This document shows positions 10,653 through 20,109 of a DNA stretch of 60,924 nucleotides, piece after piece. The stretch spans positions 1-60,924 of the forward strand of contig CAYTHI010000004.1 of NCBI GenBank assembly GCA_964437555.1, given 5' to 3'. Within the stretch, counting starts at the first letter, position 1. Every line of letters starts with the position of its first letter. Position numbers and translations under genes: made by a program. A model generated the notes under the pieces. That model was not told the DNA's origin, searched no databases, and saw nothing but the letters and a program-made list of their open reading frames with translations. This DNA comes from Candidatus Woesearchaeota archaeon. GTDB lineage: Archaea; Nanobdellota; Nanobdellia; Pacearchaeales; GW2011-AR1.

Positions 10653-12119
10653 TCAGATGGATTTATTTTTCTCGAACAGGGAGAGCGTTCTATACTCTTC
10701 AACTAATGTGAATCCCTCAATGTCCAAAGTTTTACCTTCGCTAATCGCATAAATTATAGATTTATAATCTGTTTCATCGTTAAATGCTTTTCTTATGTAC
10801 ATAGACGCACAGATGTCTCTTCTTTCCCCTATCAGAACATGTGAGCAAAATTCTTTTTCAGCAATAGTGGTTTCATTATTCAGATAAAGGTTATAGTCTT
10901 GTATGCTAACGAATTCTTTAACATTATTTCCCCAATAAATATCAGCCAAAATTTGATAACTATCCAGTCTATTGCCAACAACAAATGTTTCACCCGGATG
11001 CTTTGAAGAAATTTCATTCAGGTCGGAACTTATTAAATCTTTTTTAAACTCGTTATTTGTGCTCATTTCTGAAAAATATTTTATAAATGAACCAAGTTCG
11101 TGTCCTCCTAAATTTTCTCCCCCGTTAATTTCATATTTTGCCTGGATTATGTAGGGATTTATAACAAGTAAGGTGATAACTGAAAAAATAATGCACTGGA
11201 TTAAAAACTGCTTTTTTGTCATCTCTTTGTAAATAGTCAAAATTATAATCGGCGCCACAATGAGAAGAAATCTTACCTGAGAATTTATTATCAATAATAA
11301 TAATGATAATAAAATAAAGATTGAGGTTTTTTTGTTTTTTGTGAAGACCCTTGGCTTAAATACAAGATAAGTATAAAACGGAATAAATATCAGAAGAAGT
11401 ATCAGCCAGAATATTCCGTATAGCCTTCCCTGATTATAAAATCCTCCGTATATAGTTAAAGTTGAGGATGCAATTACATGCCTGAAAATCCCAAAAAAGG
11501 CAAATCCAAACAAGAGCTTGTCTAATATCAGCCTGGGCAAAACCCCGATTAAAATAAAAAATGAAAAATATATAGAATGTATTAAACTTTTATTATAAAA
11601 GAAGCTTATAAGAAAAAGAGGTATAAAAAACAAGACTCCATCCCAGAATGCCCAACTCAAACCTATCAGTGCGCCGGCATAAAAGAGGCTTATTAATCTG
11701 CCTTTCCCATCATACTCTTTGGTGAAATGATAACCCCATAAAAAAAGCAGGCTTGCAAGCTGGATTGGGCTTATCCAGGGAGACATATACCAAATAATTG
11801 GCGATAGCATGATGAGCCATAAAGCCCTTTTGTCTTTTCCGCTCATCCGATAAACTGAGTAAATTAACAAAAATAAAACAATTAAACTGGTTATTTTAAA
11901 GGAAAAATAATTTTCCATCATTCCAACAAATGGTGAATGAACCAATCCATAGAGATACGAATGTGATGTTCTTATTTTCGCATCATATTGTCCTGTAAAA
12001 AATTTGGCGCTGTCTGAATAATCATAGATGTCTGTATTGCCATAAAAATGCGTGAATAAAGTTATAACTATCATAAGCAATCCTAAACCCGATATGATGT
12101 ATTTCTGTCGTTTTTCCAT
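10653..12119 (-). CDS. Polytopic membrane glycosyltransferase-like protein (GT-C fold candidate) with C-terminal soluble domain
   Basis: About 330 aa of multiple hydrophobic helices, with an acidic first-loop motif (DIYDYSD), then a roughly 150-aa hydrophilic C-terminal domain. No WWDxG motif, so it is not called AglB. Confidence 0.45.
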   Translation of the reverse strand: MEKRQKYIISGLGLLMIVITLFTHFYGNTDIYDYSDSAKFFTGQYDAKIRTSHSYLYGLVHSPFVGMMENYFSFKITSLIVLFLLIYSVYRMSGKDKRALWLIMLSPIIWYMSPWISPIQLASLLFLWGYHFTKEYDGKGRLISLFYAGALIGLSWAFWDGVLFFIPLFLISFFYNKSLIHSIYFSFFILIGVLPRLILDKLLFGFAFFGIFRHVIASSTLTIYGGFYNQGRLYGIFWLILLLIFIPFYTYLVFKPRVFTKNKKTSIFILLSLLLLIINSQVRFLLIVAPIIILTIYKEMTKKQFLIQCIIFSVITLLVINPYIIQAKYEINGGENLGGHELGSFIKYFSEMSTNNEFKKDLISSDLNEISSKHPGETFVVGNRLDSYQILADIYWGNNVKEFVSIQDYNLYLNNETTIAEKEFCSHVLIGERRDICASMYIRKAFNDETDYKSIIYAISEGKTLDIEGFTLVEEYRTLSLFEKNKSI

Positions 12120-12197
12120 TCTGGCTTTTAAATTTACACAAGTTCTATCAAAAGTAATAATAAAAATCTATTTAAACCCTTTTTATTAAAGCTTTCC

Positions 12198-12905
12198 ATG
12201 AAATCTGAACTTAGCGTTGTAATATCTGCATTAAATGAAGAGCGTTCGGTTGAACAGGTTTTGAGAGGGGTTTTGAGTATATTTGATGAATGCAAGATAA
12301 AGGGAGATATTATTTTTTTAAACAATCACAGCACTGACAAGACGGGAAAAATAGCTGATTCTGTTGCGAAGAAAGACAAAAGAATCAGAGTAATTCATAG
12401 GATTAACAGACCAAACAGAGATCTGGGCAGTTCGTTAAAGGAAGGAATTTCACACGCAAGAGGAGATTATATTTTAATAATGGATTGCGATATGTCTCAT
12501 AATCCTGCTGAAGTAAAAGAATTATTTAAAAGACGGAAGGAAGCAGATATTATTGTCGGCAGCAGATATGCCGGGGGATCTGCTGAAATGCCTCCATCAA
12601 GAGTCCTTATAAGCGGGTTGTCTAATATAATTGTAAATGTGTTGCTTGGAGTTGGTGTTAGGGATATTTCTACCGGATTTAAGATATACAAAAGAGAAGC
12701 CTTACAAAGCCTGAAGCTTAATAATGAGGGCTTTGGACTTCATGTGGAAATCTTATTGAAAGCTGCCAATAAAGGCTACACTATAAAGGAAATTCCAATA
12801 CACTATAAGAGAAGCATGAAAAAATCAACTTTGAATTACAGAAGGCAAATTCCTTCTTATGGCAAAGCGGTTTGGGCGGGAATGAAGGATAAGTTCAGCC
12901 GTTAG
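12198..12905 (+). CDS. GT2 polyprenol/dolichol-phosphate glycosyltransferase (Dpm1-like)
   Basis: VVISALNEE N-terminus and a DCDMSH (DxD) motif. 235 aa, the typical size of Dol-P-sugar synthases. Confidence 0.8.
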   Translation: MKSELSVVISALNEERSVEQVLRGVLSIFDECKIKGDIIFLNNHSTDKTGKIADSVAKKDKRIRVIHRINRPNRDLGSSLKEGISHARGDYILIMDCDMSHNPAEVKELFKRRKEADIIVGSRYAGGSAEMPPSRVLISGLSNIIVNVLLGVGVRDISTGFKIYKREALQSLKLNNEGFGLHVEILLKAANKGYTIKEIPIHYKRSMKKSTLNYRRQIPSYGKAVWAGMKDKFSR

Positions 12906-12939
12906 GAACATTTAAAAATAGATTTATTTGAAGATATTT

Positions 12940-13422
12940 ATGAATGATTACAATATAATTGATCCCTCTTGTGTTTGGGCAGCTGTGGAAAATTCAAGAT
13001 CTTCCAAGAGAGGAAGAGCCGTGGCAGTTATTCACCCTCCTGAGAAAAAGGGGTTGCGGGTAATCGTGAACGCAATTCAGCCTCCGAGCTATATACAGCC
13101 CCATAAGCATATGAGTGCAGAGTATTTTGCACCTATCAGAGGACAGTTTGGCATTGCTTTCTTTGATGAATCGGGGCAAATCCTTGAGAAATACACGCTA
13201 AGCCGCGACAATGTGCAGTTTATAGAAATTCCATTAGGAAGGTTTCATACTGCAGTAGCCCTGGATTCAGATTCGGTCTTATTGGATATGTCTGAAGGCC
13301 CTTACAATCCAAAAGAATACAAAGAATTCCCGCAATGGGCTCCAAAAGAACCTGAAGAAGGTTTAGCAGGATATGGAGAAGAAATTAGGGAATTCATGAA
13401 AAGATTAAGAGCAGAGTTCTAG
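12940..13422 (+). CDS. WbuC-like cupin-fold protein
   Basis: Cupin-like His-containing motif (IQPHKH ... FHTAVAL). The size and glycan-cluster context match the WbuC family. The first ATG is at 12940; the ORF track starts at TTG 12928. Confidence 0.55.
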   Translation: MNDYNIIDPSCVWAAVENSRSSKRGRAVAVIHPPEKKGLRVIVNAIQPPSYIQPHKHMSAEYFAPIRGQFGIAFFDESGQILEKYTLSRDNVQFIEIPLGRFHTAVALDSDSVLLDMSEGPYNPKEYKEFPQWAPKEPEEGLAGYGEEIREFMKRLRAEF

Positions 13423-13478
13423 TTGCCTTGGTTTACTTCGACTATAAGTTTAAATACAGATACTTTGAGAAAATATAT

Positions 13479-14063
13479 ATGAGAATCGCAATTAGCGGAG
13501 TAGCAGGAACAGGGAAAACAACACTTTGCAAGCTTATATCAAGCGAAACGGGGTTAGAATTTGTACCTGATATAAATGATGTTGTATTGAATGAAATGGG
13601 ATATGAAGATGACCGGGAGCTTTATGATAAAAGAGGAGATGAAGGCCATATAGACTGGCATATTAGGGCAATCATTGCGAAAATCAATCATGATGTGGCA
13701 AAGGACAATTATGTGGCAGATAAATCTGTTTTTGATTTTGCGGCAAGATCTCTTGTGAGAATATATCCTAATAGAAGAGAATTTGGAATAAATGATGAAC
13801 AGCATGGAATAATAATGGATGCTCTTCAGAAAGGAATACATCTTTATGACCGAATATTTTATATGCCTCTTGGAGACAGACCTGTAGAAGACAATAAGAT
13901 GAGGACAGTAGATAGTAAACAAAGGTTCAGGTTTAATGTTGCTCTTTTAGGATTATATAGTGCATTTGGAGTGGATATAGAACCTTATAGCTTTGATTTT
14001 TCAGACTCTCCTAGTAAGGTATTAAAAGATCTTGGTATTGAAGATGTAAGGAATGGTCAATAA
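13479..14063 (+). CDS. P-loop ATPase/kinase (AAA_28, NadR/nicotinamide-riboside-kinase-like)
   Basis: Walker A ISGVAGTGKTT immediately after ATG 13479. Small-kinase size. The ORF-track TTG start at 13428 adds a non-conserved leader. Confidence 0.6.
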   Translation: MRIAISGVAGTGKTTLCKLISSETGLEFVPDINDVVLNEMGYEDDRELYDKRGDEGHIDWHIRAIIAKINHDVAKDNYVADKSVFDFAARSLVRIYPNRREFGINDEQHGIIMDALQKGIHLYDRIFYMPLGDRPVEDNKMRTVDSKQRFRFNVALLGLYSAFGVDIEPYSFDFSDSPSKVLKDLGIEDVRNGQ

Positions 14064-14666
14064 AATAAAAGCAGTTATTTTTGATTTGGGGGGTGTTGTT
14101 TTTAGTTCTGATGGTGGAACTTATGAAACAAGAGAGAGGCTAGCTAAAGAAATATCTGTGGATGTTAAAAAATTGCATGAGATATGGTTTAAGCACAAAG
14201 AAAATCTAATTAAAGGCCGAGAATCCGAAGATGCATATATCAAGGTCATTAAAGATTCTTTCAGCCTTAATCTATCCTCTGAAGAATTAAAAGATAAAAT
14301 AAGATCATATAACGTAGTAAATCATAAAATTCTAATTTTTGTAAAAGAATTATCTAAAAAGTACAAGGTTGGGCTTTAAATAATGAAGTTAAGGAGTGGA
14401 ATGAATACCGAATTAATAAATTTGGATTAAGAGACTCTTTTCAGGTAATCGTTTCTTCATGTGATGTGGGTTATGCTAAACCAGAAAAAGAGATGTATGA
14501 AATTATTCTTAAAAGATTAGATGTTAAACCTGAAGAAGCTATTTTTATCGATGACCGAAAAGAAAATACCGAAAAGGCTAGGAAAATGGGAATAAAAAAT
14601 GTATTGTTCAGTGATATAAACCAGATGATATATGAATTAAAAAAGCAGGGAGTAATAGTAGAATAA
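14053..14666 (+). pseudogene. HAD-superfamily phosphatase interrupted by a -1 frameshift (or sequencing error)
   Basis: The N-terminal half (motif I AVIFDLGGVVF) ends at TAA 14377-14379. The C-terminal half (SSCDVGYAKPE..., IFIDDRKEN motif) continues in another frame from about 14376. Adding one T to the TTT run at 14375-14377 restores KVGLLNNEVKEW... Confidence 0.7.
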
Positions 14667-15187
14667 TGAATGAATATTTTATAGAAGAAGGAAAGAGAGT
14701 GGATCTTAAAAAACTTGAATCCGTAAAGATATCTCACGAAGAATATTCAAAACTGCACGCAAACGAGATTAGGGCTTGTCATGATGTTTTTATTGAGTAT
14801 CATAAGGGAATACTTCTTATTATTAGAAAAAAATTTCCTGCCAAGGGTGCTCTTTGGCCAATTGGAGGAGGAATTACAAGGGGTATTAAGATTTGGGAGT
14901 CTATCCGAAAAAAAGTGAAAGAAGAATGTGGCTTAAAGATTAATTCAATTAAAGAAATAGGATATGCAAGAACTTTCTTTAAAACTGATCCGTTTGGTCA
15001 TGGCTATGGAACTGACAGCCTAAACTTGGTTTTTTTCGCTAGGGGTTCTGGAGAACTAAGGCTAAACAAAGATCATAAAAATCCCAAAATAGTTCGGCCT
15101 GGAGAATATAATGAAAAATTTAGAAAAACGCTTCATCCCTACGTTAGAGATTTTATGGACATAGCAGTCAAACTAATTCGTATTTAA
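14666..15187 (+). CDS. Nudix-like hydrolase (degenerate Nudix box)
   Basis: GGGITRGIKIWESIRKKVKEECGL resembles Gx5Ex7REUxEExGU with K-for-R/E substitutions. 173 aa. Confidence 0.45.
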   Translation: MNEYFIEEGKRVDLKKLESVKISHEEYSKLHANEIRACHDVFIEYHKGILLIIRKKFPAKGALWPIGGGITRGIKIWESIRKKVKEECGLKINSIKEIGYARTFFKTDPFGHGYGTDSLNLVFFARGSGELRLNKDHKNPKIVRPGEYNEKFRKTLHPYVRDFMDIAVKLIRI

Positions 15188-16129
15188 TTTATTCTTCCAA
15201 TATTCAATGGTTTTTTTCAGTCCTTCTTCGACAGAAAATTGGGCCTTCCAACCAAGAATTTTTTCTGCCTTTGATGCATCCAAAGCCAGATATGGATCAG
15301 CAATAGGCCTTGAAGGATATCCTGGAGGGAATGAATAAATTATGTCTTTATTATAACCTGTCAAATATTTAATCTTCTCCGCAAGTTCCTTCATAGTCAT
15401 ATTTTTTCCCGTTGAGATGTTAAAAACTTCGTCTTTGACTTTTGATTTTAAAGCAGTTATATAAGCATTAACATGGTCGTCCACGTACATCAGATCCCTG
15501 ACTGCGTTTGGAGAGCCAATATAGACTGGCTCATTTTTGAGCATTTGGGTTATTATGTATTCCACAACAAATCCAGTATTATCTTTTCTGCCAAAGGTAT
15601 TACAGCACCTCATAATGATGTATGGCAAACCAAATGCTTTTCCTGCCATTCTAATATACATATCCGAAGCCAATTTAGCAACAGCGTATGGACTAAGGGG
15701 ACTTTGGACAAAACCTTCCTTGAAAGGAATTCCTGGCTTTTGATCCCCATAAGTTTCCATAGTAGAAGCAAAAATGAATTTTTTGAACTCTGGAAGATCC
15801 AAAGCAGAATGAACAAGATTAACAGTTCCGAGATGATTGACTTCTTGATATTCTATTGGATTTTCAAAAGAATATCTAACGGCTGTTGCAGCACCTACAT
15901 GAATTATATAATGGGGGGCAATATCCTTAACTATCTTTTTGATAGTTGAATAATCACTAAGATTCCCGTATTTTATCTCTAACTTGCCGAGTATTTCCTT
16001 TATTGGATTTAATACATTCTGGTTGCTTGTTGTTCTAACTAAGCCAAATACTTCGTAACTATCAATGAGCTTCTTAGCTATTTCACTACCAATAAACCCG
16101 GTAATCCCGGTTATTAAGACCCTATCCAT
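15173..16129 (-). CDS. NAD-dependent sugar-nucleotide epimerase/dehydratase (extended SDR)
   Basis: ITGITGFIGSE Rossmann motif and YAVAK (YxxxK). Overlaps the upstream nucleotidyltransferase by 8 nt. Confidence 0.85.
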   Translation of the reverse strand: MDRVLITGITGFIGSEIAKKLIDSYEVFGLVRTTSNQNVLNPIKEILGKLEIKYGNLSDYSTIKKIVKDIAPHYIIHVGAATAVRYSFENPIEYQEVNHLGTVNLVHSALDLPEFKKFIFASTMETYGDQKPGIPFKEGFVQSPLSPYAVAKLASDMYIRMAGKAFGLPYIIMRCCNTFGRKDNTGFVVEYIITQMLKNEPVYIGSPNAVRDLMYVDDHVNAYITALKSKVKDEVFNISTGKNMTMKELAEKIKYLTGYNKDIIYSFPPGYPSRPIADPYLALDASKAEKILGWKAQFSVEEGLKKTIEYWKNKLNTN

Positions 16130-16832
16130 CTTGCATTTTCAAGTATTTAATTGAGCTTTTAATATCTTCCAAATCTTTTGCAGTATTTAATGTGTTCCAA
16201 AATCCGAAATATTTAAATGATCTTATTTTCCCTTCTTTTGCAAGGTTAACAAATGTTGTTTCTTCCAATCTGCCTCTCTGAGGTAAATGCTCTTTTATTG
16301 CTTTGTTGAATATATAAATTCCTGCATTCACAAATTTATCTCCTAATATTGGTTTTTCTTTGAACTTTGTGATTATGTGATTCTCTCCTATTTCAACTAT
16401 ACCGAATGGACTTTTTAGGGGAGTGGTCATAATTGTTGCAACTGGACCATGTTGTAGATGAAACCTGTAAAGATTTTTTAGAGAAATATCAGTTAACTCA
16501 TCTCCATTCATTGCAAGAAAATTCTCATCATTGACTCCGCAATTCTCGATAGCCATTCTGAAAGCATCTCCTGTATCTAAAGCACTACTATGATCATTAT
16601 ATTTAACTTTTAAACCGAACCTGCTACCATCTCCTATATGATCTATTATGACCTCTTTCTTATAAGCTACACCTAAAACGACATTCTCTATAGAATTCTC
16701 TTTCAACCAATCAAAAATCCACTCTATAAGGGGTTTGCCTTCTACTTCGACCATACATTTGGGAATATCAGATGTGTGAGGTCTCAACCTTAGAGCCTGG
16801 CCCCCAACTAAGAGAACTGCCGTCTTTAACAT
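16122..16832 (-). CDS. Sugar-1-phosphate nucleotidyltransferase
   Basis: N-terminal VLLVGGQALRLRP (a variant of the GGxGTRLxP signature). 236 aa, operonic with the SDR. Confidence 0.75.
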   Translation of the reverse strand: MLKTAVLLVGGQALRLRPHTSDIPKCMVEVEGKPLIEWIFDWLKENSIENVVLGVAYKKEVIIDHIGDGSRFGLKVKYNDHSSALDTGDAFRMAIENCGVNDENFLAMNGDELTDISLKNLYRFHLQHGPVATIMTTPLKSPFGIVEIGENHIITKFKEKPILGDKFVNAGIYIFNKAIKEHLPQRGRLEETTFVNLAKEGKIRSFKYFGFWNTLNTAKDLEDIKSSIKYLKMQDG

Positions 16833-16946
16833 AATTAGTATTCTGATAAAAGGTTTATAAATTTATATGACTTGCCCTGTATAGTTATAAAAAATTTTAG
16901 TAAGAGATTAGAAACACTTATTAACCCCTGACTTCCTGAGAAAATT

Positions 16947-17228
16947 ATGGTATTTGTTAAAATATTAGGAGCATTTGACTTGCTTGCTGCTATTGCTTTT
17001 TTAATGCTAAGTTTCGGAATACATGTGTTTACCCCTTACCTCTTGTTCTGCGCAGGGCTTCTTTTTCTAAAAGGTTTGTTCATAATAACGGGCGAGTTAA
17101 TCCTTAGCTCTATGGATCTAATTTTTTCCATCCTTCTTATTCTTTCAATATTTTTTACGCTTCCATTGATATTTCTTTGGGTTCCAACTTTCCTGCTTTT
17201 GGCTAAGGCAGTAGTAAGTTTTATCTGA
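16947..17228 (+). CDS. Small hydrophobic membrane protein, unknown function
   Basis: 93-aa ORF, essentially all hydrophobic helices. No motif recognised. Confidence 0.4.
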   Translation: MVFVKILGAFDLLAAIAFLMLSFGIHVFTPYLLFCAGLLFLKGLFIITGELILSSMDLIFSILLILSIFFTLPLIFLWVPTFLLLAKAVVSFI

Positions 17229-17661
17229 TTTTTTCCGCTAACCAGTTAAAGAAGAAAAATTCTCTTATGTAAATTCTATCTGTATAAACTAAATCAGCCA
17301 CATCCAGGAGAGAATGAAATACCATCCCTATAAAAATATAAAAAAACAGAGGAAAAAAATAGCCTACAAATCCTATTAGTGCGTGGAATTCCAGAGTATG
17401 AAATAAATGAAAGTCTCCCTTTTTTCTTATCCCCCTTCTTTTTTCCATTTCAAGCCTGTCATCAAGCTTTCTATAATAGGCAAATGATTTTAACAGAGAA
17501 GGATGGTTGTTTTTCACTGAAGCGTTAATATAATGATCTATGTCTATCAAAAAAGATGATAAAAATATTGCGATAATGTAGAGTGGGTTTATATAAGGAG
17601 AAAAAAACCAGATTAGCGCAGAAAAAATCGCCCCGGATAAAATATGCCAGCGCGGCAGCAT
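17221..17661 (-). CDS. Membrane-bound metal-dependent hydrolase-like protein (DUF457/YdjM-like)
   Basis: Hydrophobic helices with His/Asp clusters (IDIDHY, HLFHTLEFH, HSLLD) as in DUF457. 146 aa. Confidence 0.45.
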   Translation of the reverse strand: MLPRWHILSGAIFSALIWFFSPYINPLYIIAIFLSSFLIDIDHYINASVKNNHPSLLKSFAYYRKLDDRLEMEKRRGIRKKGDFHLFHTLEFHALIGFVGYFFPLFFYIFIGMVFHSLLDVADLVYTDRIYIREFFFFNWLAEKIR

Positions 17662-19173
17662 TTATTCACCCATCCTTTTTAACATATCAGCAAATGCCGG
17701 ACGAGAGATAAATACTCCTGCTGTTATTCCTATAAGTGAGGTGATTGCAAAACCTTTGAACAGGCCGGCTCCTGCCCAGTACAAAGGCAGAAGGGAAACT
17801 ACTGCAGTGGCATAAGAAGTCATTATGACAAAAATACCTCTCTTTAGCCTTTCTGCCAAAGAGCTTGATTCGCCTGTTTTAGCCTCGTCTAATAAGACAA
17901 TTTGCGCATCAACACCAGTTCCTATTGTTGCAAGAATTCCTGCGATAGAGGGAAGGTCTAAATTCCATCTTAAGAAAGAAGCAACTCCCAGAATTATAAT
18001 TAATTCTGAAAATGAAGTAAATAGCAGAGCAATAGAAGACTTGAAACTTCTGTACCTTATAAAAATGACCAAAGAAACCAGCAGAATAGAGGAGAATCCC
18101 GCTAATAATATTATATTTACAAACTGCCTGCCAAGCGCGGGAGAAATTGTGTCTAACTTAACAATTTCAAGTTTGTAAGGAAGGCTTCCTGTAATTAAGA
18201 CTGTTTGAAGTTTATTCATATCGCTTTTTGCATTTTCTATTGCCTCCTGCTGTGTGGAACCCTGCCCAGAGCCTTGAATTGAAATTTGAGTTGTGTCTCT
18301 TCCTTTCAAACCAGCGCTTATTCTTAAAGAATCAACAAGAGTATCATCCAAAATTAAATCTAAATTCTGAGAAAGATATGCTCCTGCCGTACTTTCATCC
18401 AGAGGAATAGAATTAGTTATTGATGCATGTCTTTTTGCAGCTTCGGTGCTTAAGTATATGGTAAATGCAAAATTGCAGGCATATCCTCCTTCTGCGGGGA
18501 TGCATGCAGTTATGGAAGCGCAGGAAGCATCATTCTTGCAAACATCTACTATGTCCTGATTTCCGCCGACGAAAACAGTTTGATTTCCTATCTTTGCTTC
18601 AAATTTACCTTGCTTTGAAACAAGGTCTTCAAGATCTGTTGGTGTGGCCCCTGCTACTTCAACAAGCATATATTGATTGCCGCTTAAATCACTTACAGCC
18701 CTGATTTGGACATCTGCAATTCCGAAGACGTTAAATCGGTTTCTGCTGACTGCAATCAAATCCTGAAGTTGTGAGTCTGCTAAATCTGCGTCTGGTTTGA
18801 CTAAAGCTCTTGCTCCTCCCTGAATATCCAAACCGGCCCTGATATTTGTTTTAGGAACATTTGCCACAACAAAATCAGGAGTACTATTTGTATAAATTGT
18901 GTAATCTCCTGCCTTAGTGGTTATTTCTAGTTTTATTTCCTGCTCAGATGGAAAAAGAGAAGAGATTATTTTTGAATAATCTTCTATATTATTCACAGGC
19001 TCTCCATTTACAAACTTAATTATCTCTCCGGCAGCCGGAGATGCCCCTAAAGTGTCTGCTGGCAACTTCTCTGTTGATTTTATTATTACTCCTGATTGGA
19101 AAGAAGGTTTTATTGCTATTATGGATATAATTAAACAGATTATTAAAATCCAGATTCTAAAAGAAAGTTTCAT
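17662..19173 (-). CDS. secD: Protein-export membrane protein SecD
   Basis: N-terminal TM, a large periplasmic-type domain, and a C-terminal 5-6 TM block with IGTGVDAQIVLLDE (compare bacterial IGMAVDANVLI). Overlaps SecF by 4 nt. Confidence 0.85.
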   Translation of the reverse strand: MKLSFRIWILIICLIISIIAIKPSFQSGVIIKSTEKLPADTLGASPAAGEIIKFVNGEPVNNIEDYSKIISSLFPSEQEIKLEITTKAGDYTIYTNSTPDFVVANVPKTNIRAGLDIQGGARALVKPDADLADSQLQDLIAVSRNRFNVFGIADVQIRAVSDLSGNQYMLVEVAGATPTDLEDLVSKQGKFEAKIGNQTVFVGGNQDIVDVCKNDASCASITACIPAEGGYACNFAFTIYLSTEAAKRHASITNSIPLDESTAGAYLSQNLDLILDDTLVDSLRISAGLKGRDTTQISIQGSGQGSTQQEAIENAKSDMNKLQTVLITGSLPYKLEIVKLDTISPALGRQFVNIILLAGFSSILLVSLVIFIRYRSFKSSIALLFTSFSELIIILGVASFLRWNLDLPSIAGILATIGTGVDAQIVLLDEAKTGESSSLAERLKRGIFVIMTSYATAVVSLLPLYWAGAGLFKGFAITSLIGITAGVFISRPAFADMLKRMGE

Positions 19174-20072
19174 TGTATATGCTTAGCCTCCGCATACCAT
19201 TTTAATATTGAAACGTTGGTTACCCATGTGTTAAGTATGTCAAATATAAGACCTATTATAAGAATGGTAAATATTTGCTCTAGAACATCTGAATAAGGAC
19301 GGGTAATAAGAAATGACGCCAAAACTGCAATTAGAGCTGTTAAAGTCATTGTCATTCCTGTCTTAAATGCTCCGTAAATTCTTGTGTTCAATGTGCCTTC
19401 TTTTTTTCTTAGCACTCTTGTTGTAAGGAGAATATCTGTGTCTACAGAATATCCTATAAGCATCAGCAGGGCAACTATTCCCCCTGTAGAAAGACTTATT
19501 CCTAAAAGGTCTATTGTGACGATAGTCATTACTATATCTGCAAATGCTGCCAGAATAACTGCAAGACTTGGAATCGGAGTTCTGAAAATAAGAAATACCA
19601 CTGCTCCCATGAATATAAAGGCAATTAAAAGAGCAAAGCGAAGCTGCTGATAGAAGCCCTGGGAAATTGAAGATCCTGTAAATTCAACTGAGGAATTTTT
19701 CTCATCCAAAGAGTAACCTAAGTATTCTTCAAGCGCTTTCTTTAAAGGCTGCACATCCGATGAAGTTTCGGCAAAAAAAGCCTGCTGCTCCCCTGTCCTT
19801 AAATCTGAAATCGCTCTTATTACAAGGTCAGAAAACTGCTGTGAGAGGGAATTTTTCAAAGCATCCAGATCAACAGAACCATCAAAAACAGTAATGGTTG
19901 CTCCGCCTGTGAGAGAAACATCTTTTTTAAATAAATCGCCGCTTGCTGAAATAAAAAAATAAAGGTATATGACGGAGAAAAGCAACAAAGCCAGCGGAAT
20001 CAGAAGTATTAACTTGTAATATTTATCATACCAGTTTTTATTATGGTCTAATTGCGCAGTTTGTTCGGACAT
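19170..20072 (-). CDS. secF: Protein-export membrane protein SecF
   Basis: 300 aa with a GYSVDTDILLTTRV motif (compare the bacterial SecF GYSINDT motif). Translationally coupled upstream of secD. Confidence 0.85.
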   Translation of the reverse strand: MSEQTAQLDHNKNWYDKYYKLILLIPLALLLFSVIYLYFFISASGDLFKKDVSLTGGATITVFDGSVDLDALKNSLSQQFSDLVIRAISDLRTGEQQAFFAETSSDVQPLKKALEEYLGYSLDEKNSSVEFTGSSISQGFYQQLRFALLIAFIFMGAVVFLIFRTPIPSLAVILAAFADIVMTIVTIDLLGISLSTGGIVALLMLIGYSVDTDILLTTRVLRKKEGTLNTRIYGAFKTGMTMTLTALIAVLASFLITRPYSDVLEQIFTILIIGLIFDILNTWVTNVSILKWYAEAKHIQ

Positions 20073-20109
20073 TTATTTAATGAAGAAGACACACTTTTAA
20101 AGTTATTTA

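Noticed and set aside
10653-12119. Calling the 488-aa membrane protein the oligosaccharyltransferase AglB
   Set aside because: There is no WWDxG motif in the C-terminal domain, and the protein is shorter than typical AglB. I kept only a generic GT-C-like call.
15473-15949. 158-aa plus-strand ORF, along with many similar 60-140-aa antisense ORFs (e.g. 282-581, 2426-2800, 9111-9464, 13554-13922, 17825-18178, 24109-24444, 31603-31944, 41458-41892, 53281-53688, 58709-59014, 59844-60161)
   Set aside because: Each is nested antisense within a longer ORF that has clear family motifs. They have low-complexity or odd composition and no motifs, so I treat them as shadow ORFs.
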